This document shows, piece after piece, positions 1 to 9,692 of a DNA stretch of 64,000 nucleotides; the first letter of the stretch is position 1, and each line of letters opens with the position of its first letter. A program made the position numbers and the translations under genes. A model generated the notes under the pieces. That model saw only the letters and a program-made list of their open reading frames with translations, had not been told where the DNA came from and made no database searches. Source of the stretch: an uncultured bacterium (lineage in GTDB: Bacteria; Deinococcota; Deinococci; Deinococcales; Trueperaceae); contig CAYXUE010000002.1 of assembly GCA_964467885.1 (NCBI GenBank), forward strand, positions 14,564-78,563. Direction: 5' to 3'.

Positions 1-1143
1 CTGTACGCCTCGCTGCTGGAGTACCTGGTCGAGTCCGCCGGCCTCAACCCCAAGGTGGAGTTCCTGCCCACCGCCCGTCAGCTGGAGGAACGGCGCGTGG
101 CGGGCGAGGGCCTGACCAGGCCCGAGCTCTCCGTCATGCTGGCCTACGTGAAGATGGGCCTCTACAGCCGCTTGCTGGAGACGGAGCTGCCCAGCGAACC
201 GCACCTGCAGCACTACCTCTACGACTACTTCCCCGTGCAGCTGCGGGAGCGCTACGCCGGGGCCATCGAGAACCACCGCCTGAAGGCGGAGATCACCGCC
301 ACCGTCATCACCAACACGCTGGTGGACAACCTGGGGCTGGCGTTCGTGCACCGCGCCATGCGCGACAACGGCGCCAGCGCCATCGATGTGGTGCGCGCCA
401 CGCTCATCGCCCTCGAGGTCATGGACGCGCTGCCCTACTTCAAGCGCATGGAGGAGCTGGGCCCCGAGATCGGCGCGGAGGCGCAGTACACCGCCATCCT
501 CGAGATGGTGCGCGCCGTGCAGGGCGTGGTGAGCTGGATGCTCTTCAACAACATCGGCCACGGCGACTTCGAGCACGTGGTCAGCAGCTACCGCGCCCCG
601 CTGGCGGAGCTCCGTGAGGGTCTGCGCGGCTTCATGCCGCCCGCCGAGGGGGAGCGCTTCGACGCGCGCGTGGCGGAGCTCGCCCAGCTGGGCATCGACC
701 AGGCCACGGCGGCGGACATCGTGGCGCTCGAGTACCTGCCCACGGGCTTCGGGGTCATCCAGGTGGCCAAGGGCACCGGTACACCGCTCCCGGAGGCGGC
801 CGTGCGCTTCTTCGAGCTGGGCGAGCGCTTGGCCCTCGGCTGGCTGCGCGACGAGCTCTCGGAGCTGCCGTACAGCGGACCGTGGGAGAAGATCGCCCTC
901 ACGGACCTGGTGATGGACCTGCGCGACGTGCAGCAGCGCCTGACGGCCACGTACTTCAGGGAGCAGCGCACGGGCGACATGAGCGAGTTCCTGGAGCCGC
1001 TCACCGCGGTCACGCGCTACGACCGCGCTTTGGCCGAGCTGCGCGAACCGGGCACCCTCGACCTGGCCGCCGGCACGGTGATGGTGCGGCTGCTGCGGCA
1101 GGCGGAAGGCGCCGCCGCCCGGGGGCGGGGTCGGGCTGACTGA
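1..1143 (+). CDS. NAD-specific glutamate dehydrogenase (large ~1600-aa bacterial GDH family), C-terminal fragment; 5' end is outside the window
   Basis: Frame 1 is open from base 1 (LYASLLEYLVESAGLNPK...) to the stop at 1141-1143. The stretch HRLKAEITATVITNTLVDNLGLAFVHR and the surrounding sequence match the C-terminal region of the large NAD-GDH family as I recall it. Confidence 0.75.
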   Translation: MYASLLEYLVESAGLNPKVEFLPTARQLEERRVAGEGLTRPELSVMLAYVKMGLYSRLLETELPSEPHLQHYLYDYFPVQLRERYAGAIENHRLKAEITATVITNTLVDNLGLAFVHRAMRDNGASAIDVVRATLIALEVMDALPYFKRMEELGPEIGAEAQYTAILEMVRAVQGVVSWMLFNNIGHGDFEHVVSSYRAPLAELREGLRGFMPPAEGERFDARVAELAQLGIDQATAADIVALEYLPTGFGVIQVAKGTGTPLPEAAVRFFELGERLALGWLRDELSELPYSGPWEKIALTDLVMDLRDVQQRLTATYFREQRTGDMSEFLEPLTAVTRYDRALAELREPGTLDLAAGTVMVRLLRQAEGAAARGRGRAD

Positions 1144-1180
1144 GCCGATCCTGAGCCCGAGCCGACGGGCTCAATGAAGC

Positions 1181-1211
1181 GGAGGCCGTGGCTTCACTAG
1201 CCACGGCCTCC
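1181..1211. terminator. Bidirectional intrinsic-terminator-like hairpin between convergent genes
   Basis: Perfect 12-bp inverted repeat: ggaggccgtggc (1181-1192) and gccacggcctcc (1200-1211), with a 7-nt loop. It lies between two convergent stop codons. Confidence 0.6.
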
Positions 1212-1220
1212 GTCATCCCA

Positions 1221-2495
1221 CTAACCGATGAGGGCCCTGCTGCCCACGAACGACCGCAGCAGGGCGTCCAGTCGCTCCAGGCCCACCTCGGTGGCGCGCA
1301 GCACGTCGTCCTCGCCGTGCAGCAGCAGGCCGTGGCGCGTGGCGTCGCGCAGCCAGGCGGGCGCCAGGTCGGCCACGTGTGCGCCGGTGCGCTCGGCCAG
1401 GCGGCCCAAGTCCACGCCCTCGGTGGTGCGCAGACCCGTCATCAGTCGCTCCAGCACAACGTCGTCGGCGTCCAGCACGTCGCGTTCCGGCTCGGCGCCG
1501 AGTAACCAGGTCTTGATGGGCGGGTTCTTCACGCGCGTGCCGAAGGGGCCCTCCGGCAGATAGGCGGAGGCGCCGGGGCCCAGCGCCAGGTAGTGACGTC
1601 CGCGCCAGTAGGCGAGATTGTGCTGCGACTCGTGGCCGGGCAGCGCGAAGTTGCTGACCTCGTACCGCCTGAGGCCGTACTCCTGCACCACCTGCCCAGC
1701 CAACTCGAAGGCGTCCGCGTCTGCCTCCGGATCTACCACGATGCCGCGGCGTCCGAACGGCGTGTTGGGCTCGATGGTCAGGCTGTAGACGCTGAGGTGG
1801 GAGGCGCCCAGGTCCAGCACGGTGCGCAGGTCGTCCGCCAGCCGCTGCCCCGGCACCGCCATGATGATGTCCACGTTGGCCTGCATGCCGGATGCCAGCG
1901 CCATGCGCACCGCCTCCAGGCCGGCCTCACGGTCATGCACGCGGCCCAGGTAGGAGAGCACCGGATCCTGGGTGGACTGCAGGCCGATGGAGAGGCGCGT
2001 TACGCCCAGCTCGGCGAAGAAGGCCAGGCGGCGTTCGTCGAAGGTGAGGGGGTCTGCCTCCAGCGTGAACTCCGTGCGGGCCAGCTCGCCCCGGCCCGAG
2101 CCGCCGTCCGTGAGCTCGCCGCTCAGCCGAAAGGCGGACTCGGGTCCGCCGTCCGGCGACCTGGCACCTGCCGCACCGCCGCCCCACCCGCGCCTCAGCG
2201 CGGCGAAGACCCGCGCCAGTTCCTCGTCCTTCAGGTGCGAAGGGGTGCCGCCCCCGAAGTAGATGGTGTCCAGCGGGCCGGGGTAGGCCGCGGCCACCTG
2301 ATCCACTTCCACGTCCAGCCGCTCGAGGTAGCGCGCCACCAGCGGTTCCGAGCGCAGCATCTTGTGGAAGTCGCAGTAAGGGCAGATGCTCGGGCAGAAC
2401 GGCACGTGCACGTAGAGCGCGCGCGGGGACGGTACCGCCCCGGCTGCGGCCGCCCCGCTGGCGGCACCGGGGACGTTAACGGGGAAGGACGACAC
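1221..2495 (-). CDS. hemW: Radical SAM heme chaperone HemW / HemN-like oxygen-independent coproporphyrinogen oxidase family
   Basis: N-terminal CPSICPYCDF (CxxxCxxC radical SAM cluster motif). The 424-aa length and overall pattern fit the HemN/HemW family. GTG start. Confidence 0.8.
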   Translation of the reverse strand: MSSFPVNVPGAASGAAAAGAVPSPRALYVHVPFCPSICPYCDFHKMLRSEPLVARYLERLDVEVDQVAAAYPGPLDTIYFGGGTPSHLKDEELARVFAALRRGWGGGAAGARSPDGGPESAFRLSGELTDGGSGRGELARTEFTLEADPLTFDERRLAFFAELGVTRLSIGLQSTQDPVLSYLGRVHDREAGLEAVRMALASGMQANVDIIMAVPGQRLADDLRTVLDLGASHLSVYSLTIEPNTPFGRRGIVVDPEADADAFELAGQVVQEYGLRRYEVSNFALPGHESQHNLAYWRGRHYLALGPGASAYLPEGPFGTRVKNPPIKTWLLGAEPERDVLDADDVVLERLMTGLRTTEGVDLGRLAERTGAHVADLAPAWLRDATRHGLLLHGEDDVLRATEVGLERLDALLRSFVGSRALIG

Positions 2496-2522
2496 CCGTA
2501 AAGCGTAGCGCGGGTGTCGTCC
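2487..2522 (-). terminator. 12-bp stem hairpin downstream of the sugar-binding protein gene; it overlaps the hemW start and -10 box
   Basis: ggacgacacccg (2487-2498) pairs with cgggtgtcgtcc (2511-2522), leaving a 12-nt loop. Confidence 0.4.
2502..2507 (-). promoter_or_regulatory. -10-like box TACGCT, 6 nt upstream of the hemW GTG (leaderless-type arrangement)
   Basis: The minus-strand sequence reads TACGCT ttacgg GTG. There is no SD-like purine run. Confidence 0.4.
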
Positions 2523-2533
2523 TTCGGCTGGTA

Positions 2534-2550
2534 GCGCCTGAGTCAGGCGC
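2534..2550 (-). terminator. Short palindromic hairpin about 20 nt after the binding-protein stop
   Basis: gcgcctga-g-tcaggcgc palindrome. Confidence 0.3.
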
Positions 2551-2570
2551 GCGGGTTCGGGTCGCTCAGC

Positions 2571-3917
2571 TCAGGGGAGCTGCTCGAGCTGGTCGTCCAG
2601 GATGAGGTTGGCCTCCTGGTTGGCGAACTCCAGGGTGCTCTCCACGTCGGCGCCGTCCATGATGGCGGACATCTCGGAGTCGATCAGGGCGCGCACGAAG
2701 TCGTAGCCCGGCACGTTCGGCTCGGCGATGCCGTACTCCAGCATGCTGAAGGCGGAGCCGTAGGCCGGGAGCTCCTCGAAGATGGGGCCGAGGCCCGCGG
2801 CCACGCTCTCGCGCACGGGGAAGTACTGGCTGGCGTTGGCCCACTTGGCCTGCGCTTCGGTGCCCGTGTAGTACTTGAGGAACAGCCAGGAGGCGAGGGT
2901 CTCCTCGGGGCTATGGCCGGCCGGCAGGCTCACGGAGGCGCCGTACACGTTCATGACGGGGTCCTCGGTCGTGTGGGGGATGGCGGCGACGCTCCAGTCG
3001 AAGGTGGCGCCGGCGTCGATGGCTTCCTGGTAGAAGGGCAGGCCGGAGGAGCTACCCACGGTGAAGAGGGTGCGGCCGGCGCCGAAGTTGGTCTGGTCGC
3101 CGAAGCGCTCGGAGATGAACACGGCGCAGCCGTCCTCGAAGAGGCCCTGCAGGAACTCCATGGCGGCGATGGCGCCGTCGCTGTTCAGCGTGTAGCGGTT
3201 CGTCTCCTCGTCGTAGACGTTGCCGCCGAAGGCGAAGGTCCAGGAGGCGAAGCGGCTGGCGTCCACGGCCAGCTCGTAGCCGAAGGAGCGGCCTTCGGAG
3301 GTGGCGCCGCTGTAGGGCTGCTCGGTGGCGGCGCAGGCGGCGGCGCGGAACTGCTCGGGCGTGGTGGGCGGGCCCTCGAAGTCGATGGCACCGGACTCGC
3401 GCAGTTCGTCGAGCCAGGTGGCGTTGTAGTACATGACCTCCATCGAGCGGTTAGGCGCTATCCCCAAGCGCTGGTTGTCGAAGGTGGGGAAGATGTCCGA
3501 CTGGTAGAAGCCCGGGAAGAAGTCGGCCTTGTCCGCCTCGCTGAGGCCCCACTTCTCGGAGTTGACCAGCGGGCGCATGTCGACCAGGCCGTCCACCAGC
3601 TGGTAGGTAGCTGCCTGGTTCTGGTAGGCCACAACGATGTTGGGCACGTCGTTGGTGCCGAGGAGCGCCACCATCTTCTGGAAGATGTCGTCGTAACCGC
3701 CCTGGAACTCGGCGTTGACGGTGATGCCCCACTCGTTCGTCTGGTTGAACTCGTCTACGATCTCGAGCAGCGCGGTCTCGCGGATGCCCGAGTGCTGGTG
3801 CCAGAAGCTGACGGTCTGACCGGTGGGGTCCACGTCCTCGTAGCTGGTCTGTGCCTGCGCCGTCATGGCGAGCACGAGCCCGAGTAGAGCGATGATGATT
3901 GCCTTGCCTCGCTTCAT
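2571..3917 (-). CDS. Extracellular solute-binding protein of a carbohydrate (CUT1-type) ABC transporter
   Basis: Sec-type signal peptide (MKRGKAIIIALLGLVLAMTAQAQ). The 448-aa length and sequence pattern are typical of family-1 sugar-binding proteins. A GGAAGGAG SD precedes the ATG, and two MalF/MalG-type permease genes are adjacent. Confidence 0.8.
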   Translation of the reverse strand: MKRGKAIIIALLGLVLAMTAQAQTSYEDVDPTGQTVSFWHQHSGIRETALLEIVDEFNQTNEWGITVNAEFQGGYDDIFQKMVALLGTNDVPNIVVAYQNQAATYQLVDGLVDMRPLVNSEKWGLSEADKADFFPGFYQSDIFPTFDNQRLGIAPNRSMEVMYYNATWLDELRESGAIDFEGPPTTPEQFRAAACAATEQPYSGATSEGRSFGYELAVDASRFASWTFAFGGNVYDEETNRYTLNSDGAIAAMEFLQGLFEDGCAVFISERFGDQTNFGAGRTLFTVGSSSGLPFYQEAIDAGATFDWSVAAIPHTTEDPVMNVYGASVSLPAGHSPEETLASWLFLKYYTGTEAQAKWANASQYFPVRESVAAGLGPIFEELPAYGSAFSMLEYGIAEPNVPGYDFVRALIDSEMSAIMDGADVESTLEFANQEANLILDDQLEQLP

Positions 3918-4089
3918 CTGTGTTGCTCCTTCCGAACGTTGTTACTACCGACTGAGTTTGGATGGCGCGCGTCGCCTACCGACGGGCGCCTGGCTAGTGA
4001 CCTTGGTCCGCGACCGAACCGGGAGGCGGGCACAACGCATGAACGGAAACTACGTCCGTCGATGCCGAGTGGGGAGCGGGGCAGCACCA

Positions 4090-5001
4090 TCACCCCTTGA
4101 GACCCGAGGTGGCTATGCCCTCGGTGAACTGCTTCTGAGTGAAGAAGTAGACGATGAGCACCGGCACCACCGTGATGACCGTACCGGCCATCAGCAGGTG
4201 GGTCTGCGGTCCCGCTTCGGAGATGAAGGTGTAGAGGCCCACCCCGAGCGGGCGCCACGTGGCGGTGGTGGTGACCAGCAGCGGCCAGAGGAACTCGTTC
4301 CAGGCCGTGACGAAGGTGAGGAGGGTGGCCGTCATCAGCACCGGCTTGCTCATGGGCAGCACCACGGCGGTGAGGAAGCGCATGTGCCCCGCGCCGTCGA
4401 TGACGGCGGCGTCGTACAGCTCGTTGGGCACGCCTATGAAGAACTGCCTCAGCAGGAAGATGATGAACGCCGAGGCCATGAAGGGCACCGTGAGAGCTGG
4501 AAGCGTATTCATCCACGAGCCCCAGGGGATGATCTGCCCGCGGATGAGGAGCAGGTTGGGGATGAAGGTGACGGTGCCCGGGATCATCAGGGTGGCCAGC
4601 AGCACCATGAAGATGGCACCGCGGCCGGGGAAGCGGATGCGGGCGAAGGCGTACGCCGCCAGCGTGCAGGTCACGAGCATGCCCAAGATGATGACGGCGG
4701 TGATGATGACCGAGTTGCGGAAGTACCGCACGAAGCGCGCCTCGTTCCACGCCTCGGCGTAGTTGCCCCACTGCGGGGTGGAGGGGATGGGCACGCGGTT
4801 GATGGTCTCGCCCAGCGTCATGAACGAGGTCGAGATCATGTAGAGGAACGGCGTGAGGCTGATTAGGGCGCCCACGATGAGCACGAAGTAGATGGGCAGG
4901 TGCGAGAGCTTGAACTCGCCCGACCCGCGAGGGGCGCGGCCCGTGATCGCCTTGGGAGGCGCCGGGCGCTTGGCGTCCGTGGTCGCCGCTGCGTCAGCCA
5001 C
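4090..5001 (-). CDS. Carbohydrate ABC transporter permease (MalG-like)
   Basis: Polytopic membrane protein with an EAA-like loop region (...DAAVIDGAGHMRFLTAVVLPMSKP...). It overlaps the upstream permease gene by 8 nt. Confidence 0.85.
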   Translation of the reverse strand: MADAAATTDAKRPAPPKAITGRAPRGSGEFKLSHLPIYFVLIVGALISLTPFLYMISTSFMTLGETINRVPIPSTPQWGNYAEAWNEARFVRYFRNSVIITAVIILGMLVTCTLAAYAFARIRFPGRGAIFMVLLATLMIPGTVTFIPNLLLIRGQIIPWGSWMNTLPALTVPFMASAFIIFLLRQFFIGVPNELYDAAVIDGAGHMRFLTAVVLPMSKPVLMTATLLTFVTAWNEFLWPLLVTTTATWRPLGVGLYTFISEAGPQTHLLMAGTVITVVPVLIVYFFTQKQFTEGIATSGLKG

Positions 5002-6175
5002 CGAAGGCCCTCTTCCCGAAGAAGCGGTTCTGCATCAGCGTGAGGATGAGGATGATGGCGAAGAGGATGACCGACTGCGCCGCTGCCGTGCTGAAGTCGT
5101 TGCGCTTGTAGAACGTGTCGAAGATGACGATGCTGGCGGTATCCACCGCGTCCCTCGTCTGCGGTTCTCGCATGACGTATATGTGCGTGAACGCCTGGAA
5201 CGTGCCGATGAAGCCGAGCACGGTCAGGTAGAAGGTCACTGGCGCCAGCAGCGGCACGGTGATGAAGCGGAACTGCTGCCGCCGGTTGGCGCCGTCGATG
5301 GAGGCCGCCTCGTACAGCTCGGGCGAGATGCCGCCCAGGCCGGCCAGGAAGATGACGGCGTTGTAGCCCGTGTAGGTCCAGATGCCGAAGATGATGATGG
5401 TGACCAGCGCCAGCGAGGGACCCGCCCAGAATCCGCTGAAGTCGGCGTTGGGGAACATCCCGCCGAAGATGAGCTGCGTCACGGGCCGCGTCTCGCTGAT
5501 CCAGCGCTGCGGCTCCAAGCCCAGCGTGATGAGCACCTGGTTGGCGATGCGCTCCTCGCGGGCGCTGAAGATGCTGCGGAAGATGGCGGCGCCCGCCACG
5601 GCGGGGGTCACGTAGGGCAGGAAGTAGATCATGCGGAAGAGCTCCTGCCCGCGGATCTTCTGGAACAGGAGGCTGGCCAGGATCAGCGCCAGGGCTATCT
5701 GGATGGGCACGGAGCCGAAGCCGTAGTACACGGTGCGTACGAGGCCGTTCAGGTAGACGCGGTTGCCCGCCTCCATCATGAGGCCCCAGCCCAGCGAGAT
5801 GGAGACCCCAGCGCCGATGAGCACCAGTGCCCCCGCCGCCTTGGCCATGGAAGGCGCACCCTGCCGGTCGCCCTTGAAGGCGTCCGTCCAGAGCCAGTGC
5901 GCCACGATGATGAGGATCAGCCCGCCGAAGAAAGCCAGGGCGCCCCACCAGTCGCCCAGCGTGCGCTCGTAGTTGGTGAGGCCGATGTAGGCGCCCTTGC
6001 GGATGCGCCAGTTGTGCACGCTCATGTAGAACGAGTAGATGATGGGGAAGAGCCCGAAGATGCCGATGAGCAGCGTGGCGGGCAGTATGAACAGGTAACC
6101 CGTGATCCACTCGCGCCGCTCGCGCGCACTGACGCGCGGATTGGGGGAGTGTTCGGAAGTCGAGGCTATGGCCAT
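4994..6175 (-). CDS. Carbohydrate ABC transporter permease (MalF-like, long form)
   Basis: Polytopic membrane protein with an EAA loop (...EAASIDGANRRQQFRFITVPLLAP...). Confidence 0.85.
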   Translation of the reverse strand: MAIASTSEHSPNPRVSARERREWITGYLFILPATLLIGIFGLFPIIYSFYMSVHNWRIRKGAYIGLTNYERTLGDWWGALAFFGGLILIIVAHWLWTDAFKGDRQGAPSMAKAAGALVLIGAGVSISLGWGLMMEAGNRVYLNGLVRTVYYGFGSVPIQIALALILASLLFQKIRGQELFRMIYFLPYVTPAVAGAAIFRSIFSAREERIANQVLITLGLEPQRWISETRPVTQLIFGGMFPNADFSGFWAGPSLALVTIIIFGIWTYTGYNAVIFLAGLGGISPELYEAASIDGANRRQQFRFITVPLLAPVTFYLTVLGFIGTFQAFTHIYVMREPQTRDAVDTASIVIFDTFYKRNDFSTAAAQSVILFAIILILTLMQNRFFGKRAFGG

Positions 6176-6375
6176 GGTGGCGTGCCGGCTCCCCTCGAAC
6201 GGACTCGAGCCCCGCGAGGACCAGCCCTCACAACGTAACGGCGCTCGGTCAGGGTTTCGTCAGCCAGGGTCACTTGGCCGCTCCGCTCGGAAACACTACC
6301 CAACTATAGCCAACGCTGGCCCTGGGGCGCTGCCGGTCGGCGCGGCTTCCGGTAATCGAACATTAACCTCCGGGC

Positions 6376-6381
6376 TAGCAT
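6376..6381 (+). promoter_or_regulatory. -10-like box TAGCAT, 6 nt upstream of the GTG at 6388 (leaderless-type)
   Basis: The sequence reads TAGCAT ggcttc GTG, with no SD. Confidence 0.45.
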
Positions 6382-6387
6382 GGCTTC

Positions 6388-7434
6388 GTGTGGTACGCGG
6401 AGCTGATACGGGGCCTGGAGGACGTGGGCTTGCGCGAGCTGAAGCACCTGGGCGCGCGGCAGATGCGCCGCGTGGCGGACGGCGCCCGCTTCGAGCTCCG
6501 GGACAGCCAGGACATGGAGCGCGTCCTGAAGGCGCGTACGCTGCCGGCCGTCTACCTCAGGCTCACGTTCGACGTGCCGCGCCCCAAGGCCCTCCTGGGC
6601 GACGCCGCGCTACGCAGGCTCACCGCCGCAGTGGCCAGCGTGGCAGGCGAGCACGGCGCCGGCACCGCACTTTCGGGCGGGCCCTTCGATGGGTTGAGGC
6701 TGGCGGCGGCAGGCAAGGACAGTCCGGTCATGCGGCGGTTGGGCGAAGAGCTGGCGCGCTCGCTGCGGATGGGCTACGACCCCGAGGAGGGCGAGTTGCT
6801 GCTGCGGCTGCGGCCCGATCCGGAGGGGAAGGGCTGGGAGGTGCTGGTGCGGCTCACGCCTCGGCCGCTCACCGCCCGCTGGTGGCGGGTCTGCAACCGT
6901 GCCGGCGGGCTGAACGCGGCCGTGGCGGCCGCCATGAACCAGCTGGCCGGCAGCAAGCGCGGCGACAGGTACCTGAACCTCATGTGCGGCTCCGGCACGC
7001 TGCTGGTGGAGCGCGCGCTGGCCGGCCCGGCACGCAGCCTGGTGGGGGTGGACTTCGATCCGGACGCCATCGGCTGTGCCGAGCGCAACCTGAGCGCCGC
7101 CGGGGTGAGCGAGCGCTGCCAGCTGATAACCGCGGACATCGCCGACCTGGGTAGCGATCTGATCGAGGCCGCGGGTCCGTTCGACGTGATCACGGCGGAC
7201 GCGCCGTGGGGCGACGCCATCGGCCGCCACGCCGACAACGTGCAGCTCTACCCGCACCTGTTCGCCAAGGCGGCCCAGCTGGCGGCGCCGCACGCCCGCC
7301 TGGCGCTGCTGACGCACGAGGTGAAGCTCGTGCGGGCGCTACTGCCCGACCTGTCGGGCTGGGAGCTCATGCACGAGACACAGGTGGCGCACGGTGGCCA
7401 CAACCCCCTGCTGCTGGTGCTGCGCAAGCGGTAA
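6388..7434 (+). CDS. THUMP-domain class I SAM-dependent RNA methyltransferase
   Basis: The C-terminal half has a SAM-binding LMCGSGTLLVE motif and a DAPWG catalytic motif (motif IV). The N-terminal half has THUMP-like length and pattern. Confidence 0.7.
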   Translation: MWYAELIRGLEDVGLRELKHLGARQMRRVADGARFELRDSQDMERVLKARTLPAVYLRLTFDVPRPKALLGDAALRRLTAAVASVAGEHGAGTALSGGPFDGLRLAAAGKDSPVMRRLGEELARSLRMGYDPEEGELLLRLRPDPEGKGWEVLVRLTPRPLTARWWRVCNRAGGLNAAVAAAMNQLAGSKRGDRYLNLMCGSGTLLVERALAGPARSLVGVDFDPDAIGCAERNLSAAGVSERCQLITADIADLGSDLIEAAGPFDVITADAPWGDAIGRHADNVQLYPHLFAKAAQLAAPHARLALLTHEVKLVRALLPDLSGWELMHETQVAHGGHNPLLLVLRKR

Positions 7435-7523
7435 CGATGGCCCCACGGCGCCCGCTGCTCACCCCCTCACGGACCGCCTCCGAGCCCGCCGCAAGGCGCC
7501 CGGGAAGGGCGTGAACCCTGTGC

Positions 7524-7529
7524 TAGACT
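7524..7529 (+). promoter_or_regulatory. -10-like box TAGACT, 7 nt upstream of the GTG at 7537 (leaderless-type)
   Basis: The sequence reads TAGACT tcgccgc GTG, with no SD. Confidence 0.45.
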
Positions 7530-7536
7530 TCGCCGC

Positions 7537-8280
7537 GTGACGCTGTCATCCCTGACACGGCTCAAGCCCGGCTGGTACCTGCTCATCGCCCTGGCCATCT
7601 ACGCCGTGGTGGTGACCGTGCTGCTGGCGCGGGCCTCCGGCCAGCCCGAGCCCCCGGTGGAGGCGCCCCAGCCCGAAGCCGAAGCCGCTACGGTGGCCGC
7701 CGACGGGACGACCGGCGAGGAAGGCCTCTGGTTCCCCGTGCCCGGCGCTAGCCTGCCCGCCTCCGACGAGAACCTGCCCGGCGCGCCGCGGACGTACCGC
7801 CACGGCGTGAGCCAGGGCTTCGACTTCTACGCCGAGGACGCGGGCGTGCCGCTGGTGCACGGCACCCCGGTGGTGGCTGCCGCCAGCGGGCAGGTGGTGC
7901 GGGCCGACGTGGCGTTCACGGAGATGGACCCGCGCGCTTGGGAGGTCCTCATGAGCGACGTGGCGGAAGCAGGCGCGGACGAGGCACAGCTCGACGCCCT
8001 GCGGGGCCGCCAGGTCTGGCTCCGCGCTGAGGACGGCACCGTCCTGCGCTACGGACACCTCTCCGGCATCCGCTCCGGCATCCGCGCGGGTACCAACGTG
8101 TACCGCGGACAGGTCATCGGCTACGTGGGCAACTCCGGCACGGACAGGGCCGTGGCCGGCTCCCGGGACGGCGCCCGGCTACGCTTCGAGATCTGGCCGA
8201 CCGAGACGGAGTTCTTTGGCGCGGGCCTGGACGCTACCGCAGTCCGGCTCGCAGCGGCTACTCTGTTCGTGGGACCATGA
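7537..8280 (+). CDS. M23 family metallopeptidase (membrane-anchored)
   Basis: N-terminal TM helix. The C-terminal region (...YRHGVSQGFDF...YGHLSGI...GYVGNSG...) resembles the LytM/M23 fold pattern. Confidence 0.65.
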   Translation: MTLSSLTRLKPGWYLLIALAIYAVVVTVLLARASGQPEPPVEAPQPEAEAATVAADGTTGEEGLWFPVPGASLPASDENLPGAPRTYRHGVSQGFDFYAEDAGVPLVHGTPVVAAASGQVVRADVAFTEMDPRAWEVLMSDVAEAGADEAQLDALRGRQVWLRAEDGTVLRYGHLSGIRSGIRAGTNVYRGQVIGYVGNSGTDRAVAGSRDGARLRFEIWPTETEFFGAGLDATAVRLAAATLFVGP

Positions 8281-9692
8281 CCGAAGGATCGAGCAACAAC
8301 GACACGCCGTTGCCACCCGTGGTGGACGGCTCGGAGCCCACCGCCCTGCAGATCGTGTGGCAGAACGTCTGGGTGAGGGCCGTCACCTACGTCTTCCTCA
8401 CCGTGCTGGTGGTAACCGTGCTGTGGCGCCTGAGGGGCGGTTACGCCTTCGCCTTGCAGGTGGGCATCATCGGCTTCCTCATCGCCTACATCCTCCATCC
8501 CGTGGTGGCCTGGCTGGTACGGCGCCGCATCGGGCGTGGCCTCTCAGTGGCCATCACCTACGGCGCGCTGATGCTGCTGCTCGGCTTCGGCTCCCTGGTG
8601 GTCACGCAGGTGGTCACGGAGACGGGCCGCTTCGTGCAGCTCATCCCCAGCGCCCTGGACGACGTCAGCGCCTGGTTCACCTCCATACAGATGTGGTTCG
8701 TGAACATAGGCGAGGGCCTGCCGGAGTTCCTCTCCCGCCGGCTCGGCGTAGGGGAGGACAGCTTCGAGATCGCCGTGCAGGTACGCGAGCAGTTCCAGAA
8801 CTTCCTGCAGGGCCTCGTTCGCAGCGTGCAGGGCCTGCTGGAGCAGCTTGTCACGGGTGGCCCCAGCCTTCTCGTGTCGGGCGCCACGGCCGTCATCTCC
8901 ACCACCTTCCAGATCTTCCTCATCTTCCTGGCGGGCGCTTACTTCCTCTACGACTTCCCACGCTTCGTGCGGGCGTTCAAGCGGCTCATACCCGTGCGGT
9001 ACAAGAACGTCTCGAACGACCTGATGGAGAAGGCGGACTCGGCGGTGGGCGGCTACCTGCGCGGGCAGCTCCTCATCACCATGGTGCTGGGGGTGATGAT
9101 CTGGATAGGACTGACCCTCATCGGCATCCCGCTGGCCACCGCCATCAGCTTCCTGGCGGCGGTGTTCAACCTCGTGCCTTACCTGGGGCCCATCCTGGGT
9201 GTCGTGCCCGCCGTGCTGCTGGGCTTCACGGTGAGCCCGCTGGCCGCCGTGCTGGCGGTGGTCGTGTTCACCGCCGCCAACCAGATCGAAGCACACCTGC
9301 TCTCACCTCTGATCCTCTCCCGCAACACCAACCTGCACCCCGTCACCGTCATGCTGTCCATCATGGCGGGCGTGGGGCTCATGGGCCTCCTGGGCGCGCT
9401 CATCGCGGTGCCCGTAGTGGCCATGATCAAGGTCATCCTCGAGGACTACGTGCTCTCTCGCCCCGCCTTCACGGGGGTACCGCGCTCACAGGTGATAGTG
9501 GCGCCGGAGGGCACCGTAAGAAGGCCGGCGGAGGACGCGGAGGCCGAGGAGTCGCTGGTGGTGGGTGCCAGGAACGGCGAAGGTCGGGAAGGGCTCGAGG
9601 GTCCCGCCCTACCGGATGACGCGGAGCGGTTGGAAGAGCCGGAGGAGCCGCAGCCGAACGACCCCACGGTCCTACCCGACGATCAGGCCTGA
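8277..9692 (+). CDS. AI-2E family transporter (PerM/YhhT-like) with an acidic C-terminal tail
   Basis: Pattern of about 8 TM segments, with the conserved ...FNLVPYLGPILG... region typical of AI-2E/UPF0118 proteins. ATGA start/stop overlap with the upstream M23 gene. Confidence 0.75.
   Translation: MTEGSSNNDTPLPPVVDGSEPTALQIVWQNVWVRAVTYVFLTVLVVTVLWRLRGGYAFALQVGIIGFLIAYILHPVVAWLVRRRIGRGLSVAITYGALMLLLGFGSLVVTQVVTETGRFVQLIPSALDDVSAWFTSIQMWFVNIGEGLPEFLSRRLGVGEDSFEIAVQVREQFQNFLQGLVRSVQGLLEQLVTGGPSLLVSGATAVISTTFQIFLIFLAGAYFLYDFPRFVRAFKRLIPVRYKNVSNDLMEKADSAVGGYLRGQLLITMVLGVMIWIGLTLIGIPLATAISFLAAVFNLVPYLGPILGVVPAVLLGFTVSPLAAVLAVVVFTAANQIEAHLLSPLILSRNTNLHPVTVMLSIMAGVGLMGLLGALIAVPVVAMIKVILEDYVLSRPAFTGVPRSQVIVAPEGTVRRPAEDAEAEESLVVGARNGEGREGLEGPALPDDAERLEEPEEPQPNDPTVLPDDQA

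Noticed and set aside
4863-6238. Long alternative-frame ORFs (4863..6110 minus, 4892..6238 plus) overlapping the ABC permease genes.
   Set aside because: These are Arg/Pro/Gly/His-rich shadow frames. The permease frames show hydrophobic helices and EAA loops.
8216-9619. 467-aa same-strand alternative frame over the AI-2E transporter.
   Set aside because: The translation is Arg/Gly/Pro-rich low complexity, whereas the +1 neighbour frame encodes a coherent polytopic transporter.
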